Assembly (NCBI GenBank): GCA_944363575.1
Contig: CALVUJ010000021.1
Span: 18,226 to 82,225, forward strand
Reading direction: 5' to 3'
Length of the DNA stretch: 64,000 nucleotides
From: an uncultured Bacilli bacterium
GTDB lineage: Bacteria > Bacillota_I > Bacilli_A > RFN20 > DUOF01
Shown in pieces: positions 52,027 to 62,442 of this stretch (the stretch's first letter is position 1; each line of letters starts with the position of its first letter). The notes under the pieces are model-generated. The model had not been told where the DNA came from, did not search any database, and saw only the letters and a program-made list of their open reading frames with translations. Both the position numbers and the translations under genes were made by a program.

Positions 52027-52736
52027 TATTGTTCACTCGCTATTTCTAAGGCTATATACATCATATCTTTAAAGCCTGTCTGTCTTTGTTCACTACTCGT
52101 TTCTTCTTTGCTTACTAAACTATCGGAAACACTTAAGATAGTTAAAGCTTTTTTTCCACATCTTGCAGCATTTATATACAAAGCATATGATTCCATCTCA
52201 ACTGCTAAAACTCCTAAGTTAGCCCATTTCTTCCAATAATTAACATCGTCATCATAAAAAATATCACTACTTAAAACATTACCTACATGACAAACAAAAT
52301 TACTTTCTTTAGCTATCTTAGCCCCTTTTTCTAATAAAGAAAAATCAGCAATCGCACTATACGTACCATTAAGGTTAAATTGTGAAGCATAGTTAGAATT
52401 AGAACAAGCTCCTGCTGCTAAAATAATATCGCCAATTTTAATATTTTCTTTATAGGTACCTGCTGTTCCTACTCTAATAATGGTATCTACATCATAATGA
52501 TTATATAACTCATATGAATAAATGCCCATTGAAGGTATTCCCATGCCACTTCCTCCAACTGTTACTAGTTTGCCCTTATAAAAACCTGTGTAATAGTACA
52601 TGTTACGTACACTATTAACTAACTTATAATTTTCAAGATAATTTTCGGCTATAAACTTTGCTCTGAGTGGATCCCCGCATAATAATACAACCTTGGCTAT
52701 TTCTCCTTCTTGTGCTCGATTGTGTGCTGTAGACAT
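52026..52736 (-). CDS. deoD: Purine-nucleoside phosphorylase
   Basis: GDPLRAK, GSGMGIPSMGIY, IIRVGTAG, AVEMES. Confidence 0.96.
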   Translation of the reverse strand: MSTAHNRAQEGEIAKVVLLCGDPLRAKFIAENYLENYKLVNSVRNMYYYTGFYKGKLVTVGGSGMGIPSMGIYSYELYNHYDVDTIIRVGTAGTYKENIKIGDIILAAGACSNSNYASQFNLNGTYSAIADFSLLEKGAKIAKESNFVCHVGNVLSSDIFYDDDVNYWKKWANLGVLAVEMESYALYINAARCGKKALTILSVSDSLVSKEETSSEQRQTGFKDMMYIALEIASEQ

Positions 52737-52738
52737 TT

Positions 52739-53212
52739 TTAATCATCCTCACTTTCATATAAATCAATAACTTTTGTCTTAGCTATTATATCCGCTAAAT
52801 CTCTTTTATCTTTTCTTAAACTCATAATTACAACAGAAGAAACAATTGTAATTCCTAAGGAAGCAAAATTGATAAAAATTCTTCCCATTCCTTCTCTATA
52901 AAACATCGTTTTATAATCTACATCACTATTATCTTCTTTAACAATTTTTAATTTAAATATTTTTTTGCCAATTGTTTGCCCTTTAAATAACAAAGGCACT
53001 ACCACATAATATATTAATAATAAAACACAATAAATAATACCTAACCTAAACATATCAATAATAAATTTAGAAGTAACAACATGCTCATCTGATCTTAACA
53101 TACTCACAATAAATGGTATTTTTATTAAAGTAATCACTATCAAAACAGCTAACATGATAGCAAAATCCAATAACGCTGCCATTATACGATGTCTAACTTT
53201 AGCTAATTTCAT
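52739..53212 (-). CDS. RDD family membrane protein
   Basis: RIMAALLD, GQTIGKKIFKLKIV, DIIAKTKV. Confidence 0.9.
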   Translation of the reverse strand: MKLAKVRHRIMAALLDFAIMLAVLIVITLIKIPFIVSMLRSDEHVVTSKFIIDMFRLGIIYCVLLLIYYVVVPLLFKGQTIGKKIFKLKIVKEDNSDVDYKTMFYREGMGRIFINFASLGITIVSSVVIMSLRKDKRDLADIIAKTKVIDLYESEDD

Positions 53213-53225
53213 TTACATCACCTCT

Positions 53226-54605
53226 TTATGAAAATAAGGGAATTAAAAATTCTTTGGCTATTGAAAAATAGATAAGAATTGCTAAAGCATCTGCTAAAGT
53301 GGTAACTAAAGGGCCCGCCATTACTGCCGGATCTAACTTACATACTTTTGCTAGAATAGGCAAACTAGTAGCAATAGCTTTAGAAACAATCACTACACAC
53401 ATCAAACTAAGAGCAACAGCTACAAAAATATAATTAGCATTATACTCTACTTCAATAATTCCCACACTTTTTTCAAACCAAAGGAACAAATAGCAAATAA
53501 TTGCTAAACATCCCCCTATTAGTATACCAACAGTTAATTCTTTTCTCAATGCTTTAAAGAAATCTTTTGTTTTAATCGTCCCTAGTGATAATCCTCTTAT
53601 TAATAAAGCCGTTGTTTGACTACCTGCATTTCCTGCTGTAGCTGTAATCATAGGCATAAACACTGTTAAAATGGCAATCGTAGATATAGTGCTTTCTGCT
53701 TTACTCAAAATAAAAGTAGATAAAATAGAAGCAAACAATAAGATAGTTAACCAAACAATCCTTTTTTTAAACATTTCAAAAGCTGATACTTCAAAATAAT
53801 CATCTTCTAATGGAGTCATATTAGCCATTTTTTCAATATCTTCTGTAGCCTCTTCTTCAATAACATCAATGATATCATCAACCGTAATAATACCAAGCAT
53901 TTTCATTTCACTATTAGTAACAGCAATGGAACTTAAATCGTATTTTTTAAAAATATTAGCTACGTTTTCTTTATCATCATCTACCATAACACTAACAAGA
54001 TCTTTTTCCATAATATCTTTTATTTTCACATTTTCTTCACTAAATAAAATATCTTTTAAAGAAATATAGCCTTTTAAAGTTCTCTTATTATCTACAATGT
54101 AGCAATATGCTATTGTCTCCGCCCCTTTACCATCTCTTCTTATTTTATTTAAGGCCGTTTTACATTTATCATTTTCTTTCAATTCTACGTATTCAGTAGT
54201 CATAATAGACCCTGCACTATTTTCTTTATAACTTAAAAGTTGATTAATTTCTCCTCTTAAATCTTTATCAATAACTTTCAAAACTTTCTTTACAATATTA
54301 GAAGGCATTTCCTCTATAAAATCAACAATATCATCCGTATATAACTCTTCTATCACATTTTTAATATCTTTACTTGTTAAAAAGCCTATTAACTTCTCTC
54401 GATATTCACTATTTAAATAACTAAAAACTTCCGCTGTTAAATTAGAGGGAACTGTTTTAAAAATAAAAACCGTTTTTTTGATATCTAAACTACTAACAAT
54501 ATCTGCTAAATCAACACTATTATATTCATTAAAAATATTTCTCAATTCATTTATATTTTTCTTATCAATAGTTTCTTCTAATTTTTCAATAGTAAGTTCA
54601 TTCAT
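53226..54605 (-). CDS. mgtE: Magnesium transporter MgtE
   Basis: SAGSIMT, CBS pair, GIITVDD, AGNAGSQ, DPAVMAGP. Confidence 0.95.
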   Translation of the reverse strand: MNELTIEKLEETIDKKNINELRNIFNEYNSVDLADIVSSLDIKKTVFIFKTVPSNLTAEVFSYLNSEYREKLIGFLTSKDIKNVIEELYTDDIVDFIEEMPSNIVKKVLKVIDKDLRGEINQLLSYKENSAGSIMTTEYVELKENDKCKTALNKIRRDGKGAETIAYCYIVDNKRTLKGYISLKDILFSEENVKIKDIMEKDLVSVMVDDDKENVANIFKKYDLSSIAVTNSEMKMLGIITVDDIIDVIEEEATEDIEKMANMTPLEDDYFEVSAFEMFKKRIVWLTILLFASILSTFILSKAESTISTIAILTVFMPMITATAGNAGSQTTALLIRGLSLGTIKTKDFFKALRKELTVGILIGGCLAIICYLFLWFEKSVGIIEVEYNANYIFVAVALSLMCVVIVSKAIATSLPILAKVCKLDPAVMAGPLVTTLADALAILIYFSIAKEFLIPLFS

Positions 54606-54696
54606 AGAATCCCCCTTTTTTAATTATACCTTTTTTTGTTATTTAATTACCTTTTTTTTAACTTTTTTATAAATAAAAAGGAGTACTACTCCTTAA

Positions 54697-55806
54697 TTAC
54701 TTTAACTTATTGAAACTCTTTTCATATTTATTGAAGATTTCCATTTTATCAATACTTTTTATTCTTTTATTTTCAAGAAATAAATCTCTCTTACTATTAT
54801 CTATAACGGTATCTAATAACTCTACAAAATCCATTTTACCTTTCCATAAATAAAATGAATATGATCCAGGTATTGCATTAATTTCATTAACGTATAACTT
54901 ATCTTTGTATAAAAAATCAATTCTAATAACACCTTTCGCTTCAAAATACTTATATATTTTAATCGCTTTTTCTTGTATTTCTTTTTCTAATTTTTCCGAT
55001 ATTTTCGCAGGTAATATTCTTTTTGAAGAAGCCATACCCTTGCAACTATCTCCTTCATATTTTTGCTTATAATCTAAAACATTATCCCCTTTAACAACTT
55101 CTTCAATATAAGAAACAATTATCTCTTTATCTTTTTCTACTACAGAAATATTATATTCATGACTATCACTTAAAAATTCTTCAACAAGTACTTTTTTATC
55201 ATACATAAATGCTTCTTCTACTACTTCTTTCAACTCTTCTTCATCACTTACTTTTCTTACCCCTATTGATGATCCTAAAGTATTAGGCTTAACTACTAAA
55301 GGATACTCTAACTCTTTTATTTTCTTTATTTCTTCTTTGCTAGTTAACTCTACAAATTTTACATTATCAATTTTTAAATCATTTAAAACTCTTTTAGATA
55401 AAACTTTGTTTTGTGCTAAAGCATAGAAAGATAAAGAATCACTTATTACAGGAATCTTTTTAAATTTTAAATATGATAATAAAGTACTATCTTCCATACC
55501 TTTACCATGCACTATAGGAAAAGCAATATCAAAATATTTATTCTTTTTAAAGTTTTTCCTTTTTAGATAATACTTTTTATTTATCTTCTCTATACTAACT
55601 TCATTTTTCTTTTTTAACACTTTGCTTAAATTTTTAAATGCTTCTAAATCTTTAAACTTTTCTAAATAATATAACTTATTTTCTTTACTAATATAGAGAG
55701 GTAAAACAGTATAGTTAACACTTAAAGCACTCATTACTTGACTTGCTGTAATTATACTTATTTCATGCTCTACACTTTCTCCTCCAAACAAGACTAAAAT
55801 ACGCAT
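54697..55806 (-). CDS. ddl: D-alanine--D-alanine ligase family protein
   Basis: FGGESVEHEISI, HGKGMED, KPNTLGSSIG, NEINAIPG. Confidence 0.9.
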   Translation of the reverse strand: MRILVLFGGESVEHEISIITASQVMSALSVNYTVLPLYISKENKLYYLEKFKDLEAFKNLSKVLKKKNEVSIEKINKKYYLKRKNFKKNKYFDIAFPIVHGKGMEDSTLLSYLKFKKIPVISDSLSFYALAQNKVLSKRVLNDLKIDNVKFVELTSKEEIKKIKELEYPLVVKPNTLGSSIGVRKVSDEEELKEVVEEAFMYDKKVLVEEFLSDSHEYNISVVEKDKEIIVSYIEEVVKGDNVLDYKQKYEGDSCKGMASSKRILPAKISEKLEKEIQEKAIKIYKYFEAKGVIRIDFLYKDKLYVNEINAIPGSYSFYLWKGKMDFVELLDTVIDNSKRDLFLENKRIKSIDKMEIFNKYEKSFNKLK

Positions 55807-55816
55807 ATCATCACTC

Positions 55817-57319
55817 CTATTTTAAATATATGCTTGGCAAATCATTTTCTATCAAAATTATTTTGTTATCATCGTATATTTTTTTTATGTATTCCCATGC
55901 TTCTATAAAATATTTCTTTTCAATAATTTTCTTTTCATCAAACCCTTCTTTTATTAATCCTTCTTTTATATAATGAGCATTCTTTTCTACTAAGATAATC
56001 AAATCTACTTTACTAGCCATATACCTACCTAATTCATAATTAAGATTTTCACTATTGTTTCCTTGTTCAATAATTCCTGGTGTTATAACTATTTTCTCTT
56101 CTTTCATCAAGTTTAAAATATCAATAGCCTTTTTAAATCCTATTTCATTAGAATTAAAACTATCATCAATAACTTTTATATTATTTATTTTTTTAATTTG
56201 CAAACGATGCTCAACAGGTCTAATTTCTTTTACTAATTTATCAATATCACTTAAATTTATATTTAATCCCTTTAACACTCCAATCGCTCCTAAAATATTA
56301 AGAATATTGTGTTCTCCCAATAAGGATGTACTTAACCTTTTTAAATATTTATTATCTACATATAAATCAAAGAGAGATCCTTTATTAGTTATTTCAATAT
56401 TTTTAGCCATGATATCACTATTGCTTATAATTCCATAAGTAATTATTTTACACTTCAATTCTCGATATGCTTTACTTAAATACTTATTATCATTGTTAAG
56501 TACTACTACTTGATCACTATTTAAAACTTTAGCTAATTTTATCTTTTCTTTATAAATATTTTCTATATTTTTAAAGGTTAGTAAATGTTGATTCCCTATT
56601 TCAGTTATTAAACTTATATGCGGTGTAACAACTCTCAATAGTTTATCCATTCCTCCTTTTTTATCCACTCCATATTCACATATAAAATAATCATCAAATA
56701 AACTAACTTCCTCACGAATGCTCTTTATGATTCCTACTTTTGTATTATATGATTTAGGAGTTTTACTAACATTTACTTTATCTTTTAATAAATCATATAA
56801 AATATTTTTGCTACTTGTTTTACCATAACTTCCTGTTATTCCAATTACTATTTTATTTTTTATTTTACATTTAGCATCTTTGAGATAATAATACAAAATT
56901 CCTTTTTCTAAACATGAGGATAAAATATGAATGATAATGAGATAAATAATAAAAGCGCTATTTATAGTATTAAAGGTTGTTATTATATTAAATGGTAAAA
57001 AAAGAAATAAAGCATAGGTTAATAAAAAGTAAATTAATAAAAATCTTTTTGTTCTTTTAGTGTATTTTAAATTATTTTTATTTATTAAAATGGTGTTAGT
57101 TAGAATAGTTGATATTAAAGTTAAGTAGAGTGATACTTGTTTAAAAGAAAAACTTAAAAGTAGCAAAGATAATAGAAGTATTTGTAAGAGTATTTTTTTA
57201 ATTGGTTGATAATAGAAATATTTTTTGAGTTCGTAGTGTTGAGATTGAATAATCGTGTATTGTGATATTAAAATAGGTAAGAAAAGAAAAGGCATAAAAG
57301 TTATAAAAAGGTACGACAT
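55817..57319 (-). CDS. murF: Mur ligase (MurF-like) with N-terminal TM region
   Basis: GITGSYGKTS, TPKSYN, IDDSFNSN, TPGIIEQG, LIENDLP. Confidence 0.8.
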   Translation of the reverse strand: MSYLFITFMPFLFLPILISQYTIIQSQHYELKKYFYYQPIKKILLQILLLSLLLLSFSFKQVSLYLTLISTILTNTILINKNNLKYTKRTKRFLLIYFLLTYALFLFLPFNIITTFNTINSAFIIYLIIIHILSSCLEKGILYYYLKDAKCKIKNKIVIGITGSYGKTSSKNILYDLLKDKVNVSKTPKSYNTKVGIIKSIREEVSLFDDYFICEYGVDKKGGMDKLLRVVTPHISLITEIGNQHLLTFKNIENIYKEKIKLAKVLNSDQVVVLNNDNKYLSKAYRELKCKIITYGIISNSDIMAKNIEITNKGSLFDLYVDNKYLKRLSTSLLGEHNILNILGAIGVLKGLNINLSDIDKLVKEIRPVEHRLQIKKINNIKVIDDSFNSNEIGFKKAIDILNLMKEEKIVITPGIIEQGNNSENLNYELGRYMASKVDLIILVEKNAHYIKEGLIKEGFDEKKIIEKKYFIEAWEYIKKIYDDNKIILIENDLPSIYLK

Positions 57320-57320
57320 T

Positions 57321-58019
57321 TCAAACCCCCCTTAAAAATTTTTGAATAGCTAGTTTAGTGAATTGTATGTTTTCTAGGTATGCAAAATGACTTCCTTTTA
57401 AAATATGAAGGTGACTATTTTCTAGTTGTTTTTGTAGTTTTAAAGCTTTTGATAATGGTACTTGTTTATCTTCTTTTCCCCATATTAAAAGTATTGGTAT
57501 TTTTATATCTTTTAAATAATTATCGTAATGAGTGTTAACGACATTTATGAAGAATTTTTTCATTTTAGAAGGGCAGTTTTGATAGTCTTCACTTCCTAGT
57601 TTTTCAATATTCTTATGAAATTTTTTTCCTATTTTATATTTTATAATTTTGTAGTAATATTTTAATGTTCGTGTAGGTTTTAATATTGGACTTGCGATAA
57701 TAACTATCTTTTTTAAATCTTGATATTTTAAATAATATTCAATAGCAAGTTTTCCCCCAAAGGAGTGTCCTACAATGTACGTTGGTAGTAAATTTTTTTC
57801 TTTTAAAAAAGTTCTTATTTGCTCTACATATTCATGTATGTTATCTATATCGTTGAATGCAGACTCGCCAAACCCAGGTAAATCTAATACAACGCATTTA
57901 TATCTATATTTTAATTCATCTATTAAAGGAGTCATCATTTCTTTATTTTGTCCCCAACCATGTAAAAACAAAACTACTTCTCCTTCTCCTATACAAGTAT
58001 AATTAATATTAATAGGCAT
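57321..58019 (-). CDS. Alpha/beta fold hydrolase
   Basis: LHGWG, DLPGFG, GHSFGG nucleophile elbow, His near HFAY. Confidence 0.9.
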   Translation of the reverse strand: MPININYTCIGEGEVVLFLHGWGQNKEMMTPLIDELKYRYKCVVLDLPGFGESAFNDIDNIHEYVEQIRTFLKEKNLLPTYIVGHSFGGKLAIEYYLKYQDLKKIVIIASPILKPTRTLKYYYKIIKYKIGKKFHKNIEKLGSEDYQNCPSKMKKFFINVVNTHYDNYLKDIKIPILLIWGKEDKQVPLSKALKLQKQLENSHLHILKGSHFAYLENIQFTKLAIQKFLRGV

Positions 58020-58076
58020 TTACTCACCTCTAATATTAGAGTATGAAACGCATAAAAAAGAGTGAGTATTTTATTC

Positions 58077-58895
58077 TCACTCCTCAATAAATTTTGAATA
58101 CTTGGTTTCTAATAATTTTATTATTTGTTTAGCTGATGTTTGTAGTAAAGGATCTTCACTATTTTCTTCTACATCTTTAAAAAGTAGATAGCCTTCCTTT
58201 CTAGCAACATATTCTCCTTCTTTATAATTCTTTAAAAGAGGATTGACATATAAATGAGCTAAAAAATATTTTAAATAACAATCAGTTAAATCATTCTCAT
58301 CATATATTTTTTTAGCTTCTATGACATAATTTCCAAAACTGTTAACTAAACTCTCTTCTTCTCCTTTTTCAGCTATTTCTCCTAAATAGTATTTAGCATA
58401 TAAAAGTTTTGATAATCCCTTTATCCTAGTATCTTTATTTCTACTCATTAAATCAGCCCATGCTAATGCTATTGGAGAATTTTTATTATTGTAATCAAAT
58501 GCCAAATTATTTTGTCCATACAAACCACTACAGTTAAGAGCGTATTCTATTAATCCTTGTGGATATTCATGATTAGCAGCTTTTTGTAAATATTTCCTAG
58601 CTACTATTTTACGAGCTTTTTCATTATCTATTTCTTTTTCTCTTTTAGTTGCTAGAACGCTTTTATCTTCCAATATTTTTTTTAGAAATAAAGGATTAGT
58701 TTCTGGCAACTTGCAAAAGAACTGACAAAGACTATAGTAACACTCTCCTTTTTGAGTATTATTAGCAGCTTTTAAAGCTTTTTCTAAATGCTGTAATGCT
58801 TGTTCATATTTTTCATTATTCAAGCAATCCATTCCATTTTGTAGTTCTGTTTTTTCTTCTACTAACTCAATTTCTTTTTTCATAATGACACTCAC
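58077..58895 (-). CDS. TPR/Sel1-like helical repeat protein
   Basis: GMDCL...YEQALQHLEKAL; YLQKAANHEYPQG pattern. Confidence 0.55.
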   Translation of the reverse strand: MSVIMKKEIELVEEKTELQNGMDCLNNEKYEQALQHLEKALKAANNTQKGECYYSLCQFFCKLPETNPLFLKKILEDKSVLATKREKEIDNEKARKIVARKYLQKAANHEYPQGLIEYALNCSGLYGQNNLAFDYNNKNSPIALAWADLMSRNKDTRIKGLSKLLYAKYYLGEIAEKGEEESLVNSFGNYVIEAKKIYDENDLTDCYLKYFLAHLYVNPLLKNYKEGEYVARKEGYLLFKDVEENSEDPLLQTSAKQIIKLLETKYSKFIEE

Positions 58896-59024
58896 CAGCC
58901 TTTTATTATTTTTATTTTACCTTAGAATTCCAATTATTTCAATAATACGTAAAACTACATTTTAAGTATTCATAATTGTTTAATTTTTTTTACATTATTG
59001 TTATAATGAGTTTGAAATGAGGGA

Positions 59025-59480
59025 ATGTTTATGGAACAAGTTTTAAATTTAATGCCCTGGATTTGGGGAGCAATTATTGTTATTACACTTGTAATTGAAT
59101 TATTTTCAGCAGATATTGATGCTATATGGTTTTCAGCTGGAGCGGTTGTATCTTTAATTTTGTCATTTTTTGATGTACATATTGCTATTCAATTAGCTGT
59201 TTTTGTTGTTGTTACGGCTGTTCTTTTATTTACAATAGGTAAATGGGCGAAGAAAATGCTAATGTCAAAAAATATTTCTACTAATTCTGATTCGTTGATA
59301 GGTAAAGAGATTTTGATTTTAGAAAGTGCTAATGAGTTTGATAAAGGTAGTGGTGTTATTAATGATGTTGTTTGGACTGTTATTTGTCAAGCAGGTGTTA
59401 GTGTTGAAAAAGGTAAACATGCTATTATAATTGCTATTGATGGCAATAAATTGGTAGTTAGGAGTAAGGAGGAAAATTAA
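59025..59480 (+). CDS. NfeD family protein
   Basis: TM N-terminus, LIGKE, GSGVINDVVWTV; adjacent to the SPFH gene. Confidence 0.88.
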   Translation: MFMEQVLNLMPWIWGAIIVITLVIELFSADIDAIWFSAGAVVSLILSFFDVHIAIQLAVFVVVTAVLLFTIGKWAKKMLMSKNISTNSDSLIGKEILILESANEFDKGSGVINDVVWTVICQAGVSVEKGKHAIIIAIDGNKLVVRSKEEN

Positions 59481-60385
59481 TGGCTATTTTAATTATAATT
59501 TTTGTGCTTTTTATTTTTATTTTATTGATGTTTTCAATGTCTGTTAAAATTGTTAGGCAATCAACTGCTTATGTTGTTGAAAGACTTGGAGCTTATTCTA
59601 GAACTTTAGGAGTTGGGGTTCATCTTATTATTCCTTTTTTTGATCGAGTGGCTAAAAAAGTTACTTTAAAGGAAACAGTTGAAGATTTTCCTCCTCAACC
59701 AGTTATAACTAAAGATAATGTAACAATGCAAATTGATACAGTAGTGTACTTTCAAATAACTGATCCTAAGTTATTTACTTATGGTGTTAATAATCCTATT
59801 AATGCTTTAGCTAATCTGACGGCGACTACTTTGCGTAATATTATCGGTGATTTGGAACTTGATGAAACTTTAACTTCGCGGGATACAATTAATGGTAAAA
59901 TGAGAATTATTCTTGATGAAGCAACTGATCCATGGGGAATTAAAGTTAATCGTGTAGAAGTTAAAAATATTATTCCTCCTCATGATATTCAAGAAGCTAT
60001 GGAAAAGCAAATGCGTGCCGAAAGAGAAAGAAGAGAAGCTATTCTTAAAGCGGAAGGTGAGAAAAAGGCTGCTATTTTAACTGCTGAAGGAGAAAAAGAA
60101 TCTACTATCTTGCGTGCAGAAGCCCAAAAATTAGCCCAAATTGCTGAGGCTGAAGGTAAAGCTCAAGCTCAAAAAGCTTTATATGAAGCTCAAGCTTATG
60201 GTATTGAAATTGTAAATAAAGCTAACCCTAATCAAGCATATTTAACTTTACAAGCATATGAAGCATTGAAAAAGGTTGGAGATGGGCAAGCTACCAAATT
60301 AATTATTCCTTCTAATCTTCAAGAAATAGCAGGTTTAATTACTTCTATAAATGAAGTTTTAAAAGATAAAGAAAAAAAGAATTAG
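59480..60385 (+). CDS. SPFH/stomatin-like protein
   Basis: VVERLG, VITKDNV, LRNIIG, WGIKVNRVE, QMRAER. Confidence 0.95.
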   Translation: MAILIIIFVLFIFILLMFSMSVKIVRQSTAYVVERLGAYSRTLGVGVHLIIPFFDRVAKKVTLKETVEDFPPQPVITKDNVTMQIDTVVYFQITDPKLFTYGVNNPINALANLTATTLRNIIGDLELDETLTSRDTINGKMRIILDEATDPWGIKVNRVEVKNIIPPHDIQEAMEKQMRAERERREAILKAEGEKKAAILTAEGEKESTILRAEAQKLAQIAEAEGKAQAQKALYEAQAYGIEIVNKANPNQAYLTLQAYEALKKVGDGQATKLIIPSNLQEIAGLITSINEVLKDKEKKN

Positions 60386-60413
60386 TTAAAAAGTCTTCTT
60401 TGTTTGTTAAGAA

Positions 60414-60443
60414 AAAAAAGTCTTAGTTTGTCTAAGACTTTTT
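60414..60443. terminator. Intrinsic terminator
   Basis: AAAAGTCTTAG-TTTGT-CTAAGACTTTT. Confidence 0.8.
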
Positions 60444-60560
60444 ATATGTTCTTATTGCACTATTTTGGTACAATTATTCTATTTATTCTAACAAGTTTCG
60501 CCTTCAATCAAAAACATGTTAAAACTATAATATTCAAATCATTTAAAATAAAACTACCAA

Positions 60561-61397
60561 TTATCTTTTTGAACTTTGTTGTTTATTTTCTTGTTCCCTT
60601 TCTTGCTCATTAAATTTATTTTGTATACGATAAATTGCATCACGAACTTGCTCTTTAATATTTCTGCACTCTGAAAGATTTTTTTCTACTTCTTTTCTTA
60701 AAGATCTTTCTTGTTTAAGAAGATTATCAATATCATACATTTCATCTAACATTTTATCTATAACACGATATTTTTTGGCTAAAATTTCATTTTTTCGGGA
60801 TGCTGATTCAAATCTCGTTCTACAATCACCTAGTTTATTTCTGCATATATCGATTCTATAAACCAAAAAGTAGTCTTTAAAGTTTTGTTCTACAGCATCA
60901 ATTTCCGAAAAAGCTGAACTACTATTTTTATAAAAATCATTTAGGCATCCTACAATCACTCCATTTTTTCTAAAATTAATCATTTTTATTTGTTCGTCAT
61001 TTAAATTAGGAAAATCGTATTCAACAAAAGACAATTCTTCATCAAAAGCCTTACTTAAAGCAGAAATATTACCACGCATATAATCACTATATTCAGATAC
61101 TGATAATGTTTCTAAGAAATTTGTATATATTTCTTTAAAGTCAGCATTATATTTCGCTATTGCTAAAGTTTTACTAATTTCATACAAAAAATCTTCTATT
61201 TCTTCGGAAGATTTTCCATGATGAAGGGCAAGTTCTAATTCTTTCATTTGTTTTTCAAGACGATTAACAGTGCTATATACTTTAGAATACATATTTATAC
61301 ATTCACTTTTAAATTTATTTAATTTAGCGGCAATTTCTTCAACTTTCTCATTATTAGAAAAATTATTTGCTAGAGTTCTAACATCACGCATTCTCAT
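60561..61397 (-). CDS. Hypothetical coiled-coil protein, paralog A
   Basis: 278 aa, GAGGTGG RBS. Confidence 0.8.
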   Translation of the reverse strand: MRMRDVRTLANNFSNNEKVEEIAAKLNKFKSECINMYSKVYSTVNRLEKQMKELELALHHGKSSEEIEDFLYEISKTLAIAKYNADFKEIYTNFLETLSVSEYSDYMRGNISALSKAFDEELSFVEYDFPNLNDEQIKMINFRKNGVIVGCLNDFYKNSSSAFSEIDAVEQNFKDYFLVYRIDICRNKLGDCRTRFESASRKNEILAKKYRVIDKMLDEMYDIDNLLKQERSLRKEVEKNLSECRNIKEQVRDAIYRIQNKFNEQEREQENKQQSSKR

Positions 61398-61608
61398 AAA
61401 AAACCACCTCTATTTATCAAAAATAATATCACATTAATAGCTATATCACAACTTTTTTTATAAATCGTAATTGCACCTTTGTTTAACTTTTATATTTTTC
61501 TACTTCTTTAAAAATATTTATTCTAATATAGTTTAAGAACAAGTTTCGCCTTCAATCAAAAACAAGTTAAAACTATAATATTCAAATCATTTAAAATAAA
61601 ACTACCAA

Positions 61609-62442
61609 TTATCTTTTTGGACTTTGTTGTTTGTTTTCTTGTTCCTTTTCTTGCTCATTAAATTTATTTTGTATATGATAAATTGCATCATGAACCTGCT
61701 CTTTAATATTTCTGCACTTTGAAAGATTTTTTTCTACTTCTTCCTTTAAAGATTTTTCTTGTTCAAAAAGATTATTAATATCATCCATTTTATCTAAAAT
61801 ACTAGACTTTTTTTCTGCTAAAATTTCATTTTTTTGAGTCAATGACTCAAATCTTATTCTACAATCACCTAGTTTATTTCTGCATTTATCGAATCCATTA
61901 ACTAGAAAGTGGTCTTTAAATTTATGTTCTACATCATCAATTTCCAAAAAAGCCGGATTACTCTTTTTAGAAAAATCATTTAAGCATCCTACAATCACTT
62001 TATTTTTCTTAAAATTAAGCATTTTTATTTGTTCATCATTTGAATCGGGAAAATCATGTTCAATAAAAGATAATTCTTCCTCAAAAGCTTTACTTAAAGC
62101 AGAAATATTACCAAGCATGTAATCACTATATTCAGATAGTGATAATCTTTTTAAGAATTTTGTATATGTTTCTTCAAAGGCTGCATTATATTTCACAATT
62201 CCTAAAGTTGCATTAATCTCACACAAAAAATCTTCTATTTCGGAAATTTTTCCGTGACGAAGAGCAAACTCTAATTCATATATTTTATTTTCAAGACGGC
62301 TAATAGCATTAGTAACTTTAGAATACATATTTATGCATTCTCTTTTAAATTTATCTAATTTATAGGCAATTTCTTCAACTTTCTCATTATTAGAAAAATT
62401 ATTTGCTAGAGTTTTAACATCACTCATTCTCACAAAAACCAC
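61609..62442 (-). CDS. Hypothetical coiled-coil protein, paralog B (likely start GTG 62433)
   Basis: Aligns end to end with paralog A (TLANNFSNNEKVEEIA...KFNEQE.EQENKQQS.KR). Confidence 0.8.
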   Translation of the reverse strand: MVFVRMSDVKTLANNFSNNEKVEEIAYKLDKFKRECINMYSKVTNAISRLENKIYELEFALRHGKISEIEDFLCEINATLGIVKYNAAFEETYTKFLKRLSLSEYSDYMLGNISALSKAFEEELSFIEHDFPDSNDEQIKMLNFKKNKVIVGCLNDFSKKSNPAFLEIDDVEHKFKDHFLVNGFDKCRNKLGDCRIRFESLTQKNEILAEKKSSILDKMDDINNLFEQEKSLKEEVEKNLSKCRNIKEQVHDAIYHIQNKFNEQEKEQENKQQSPKR

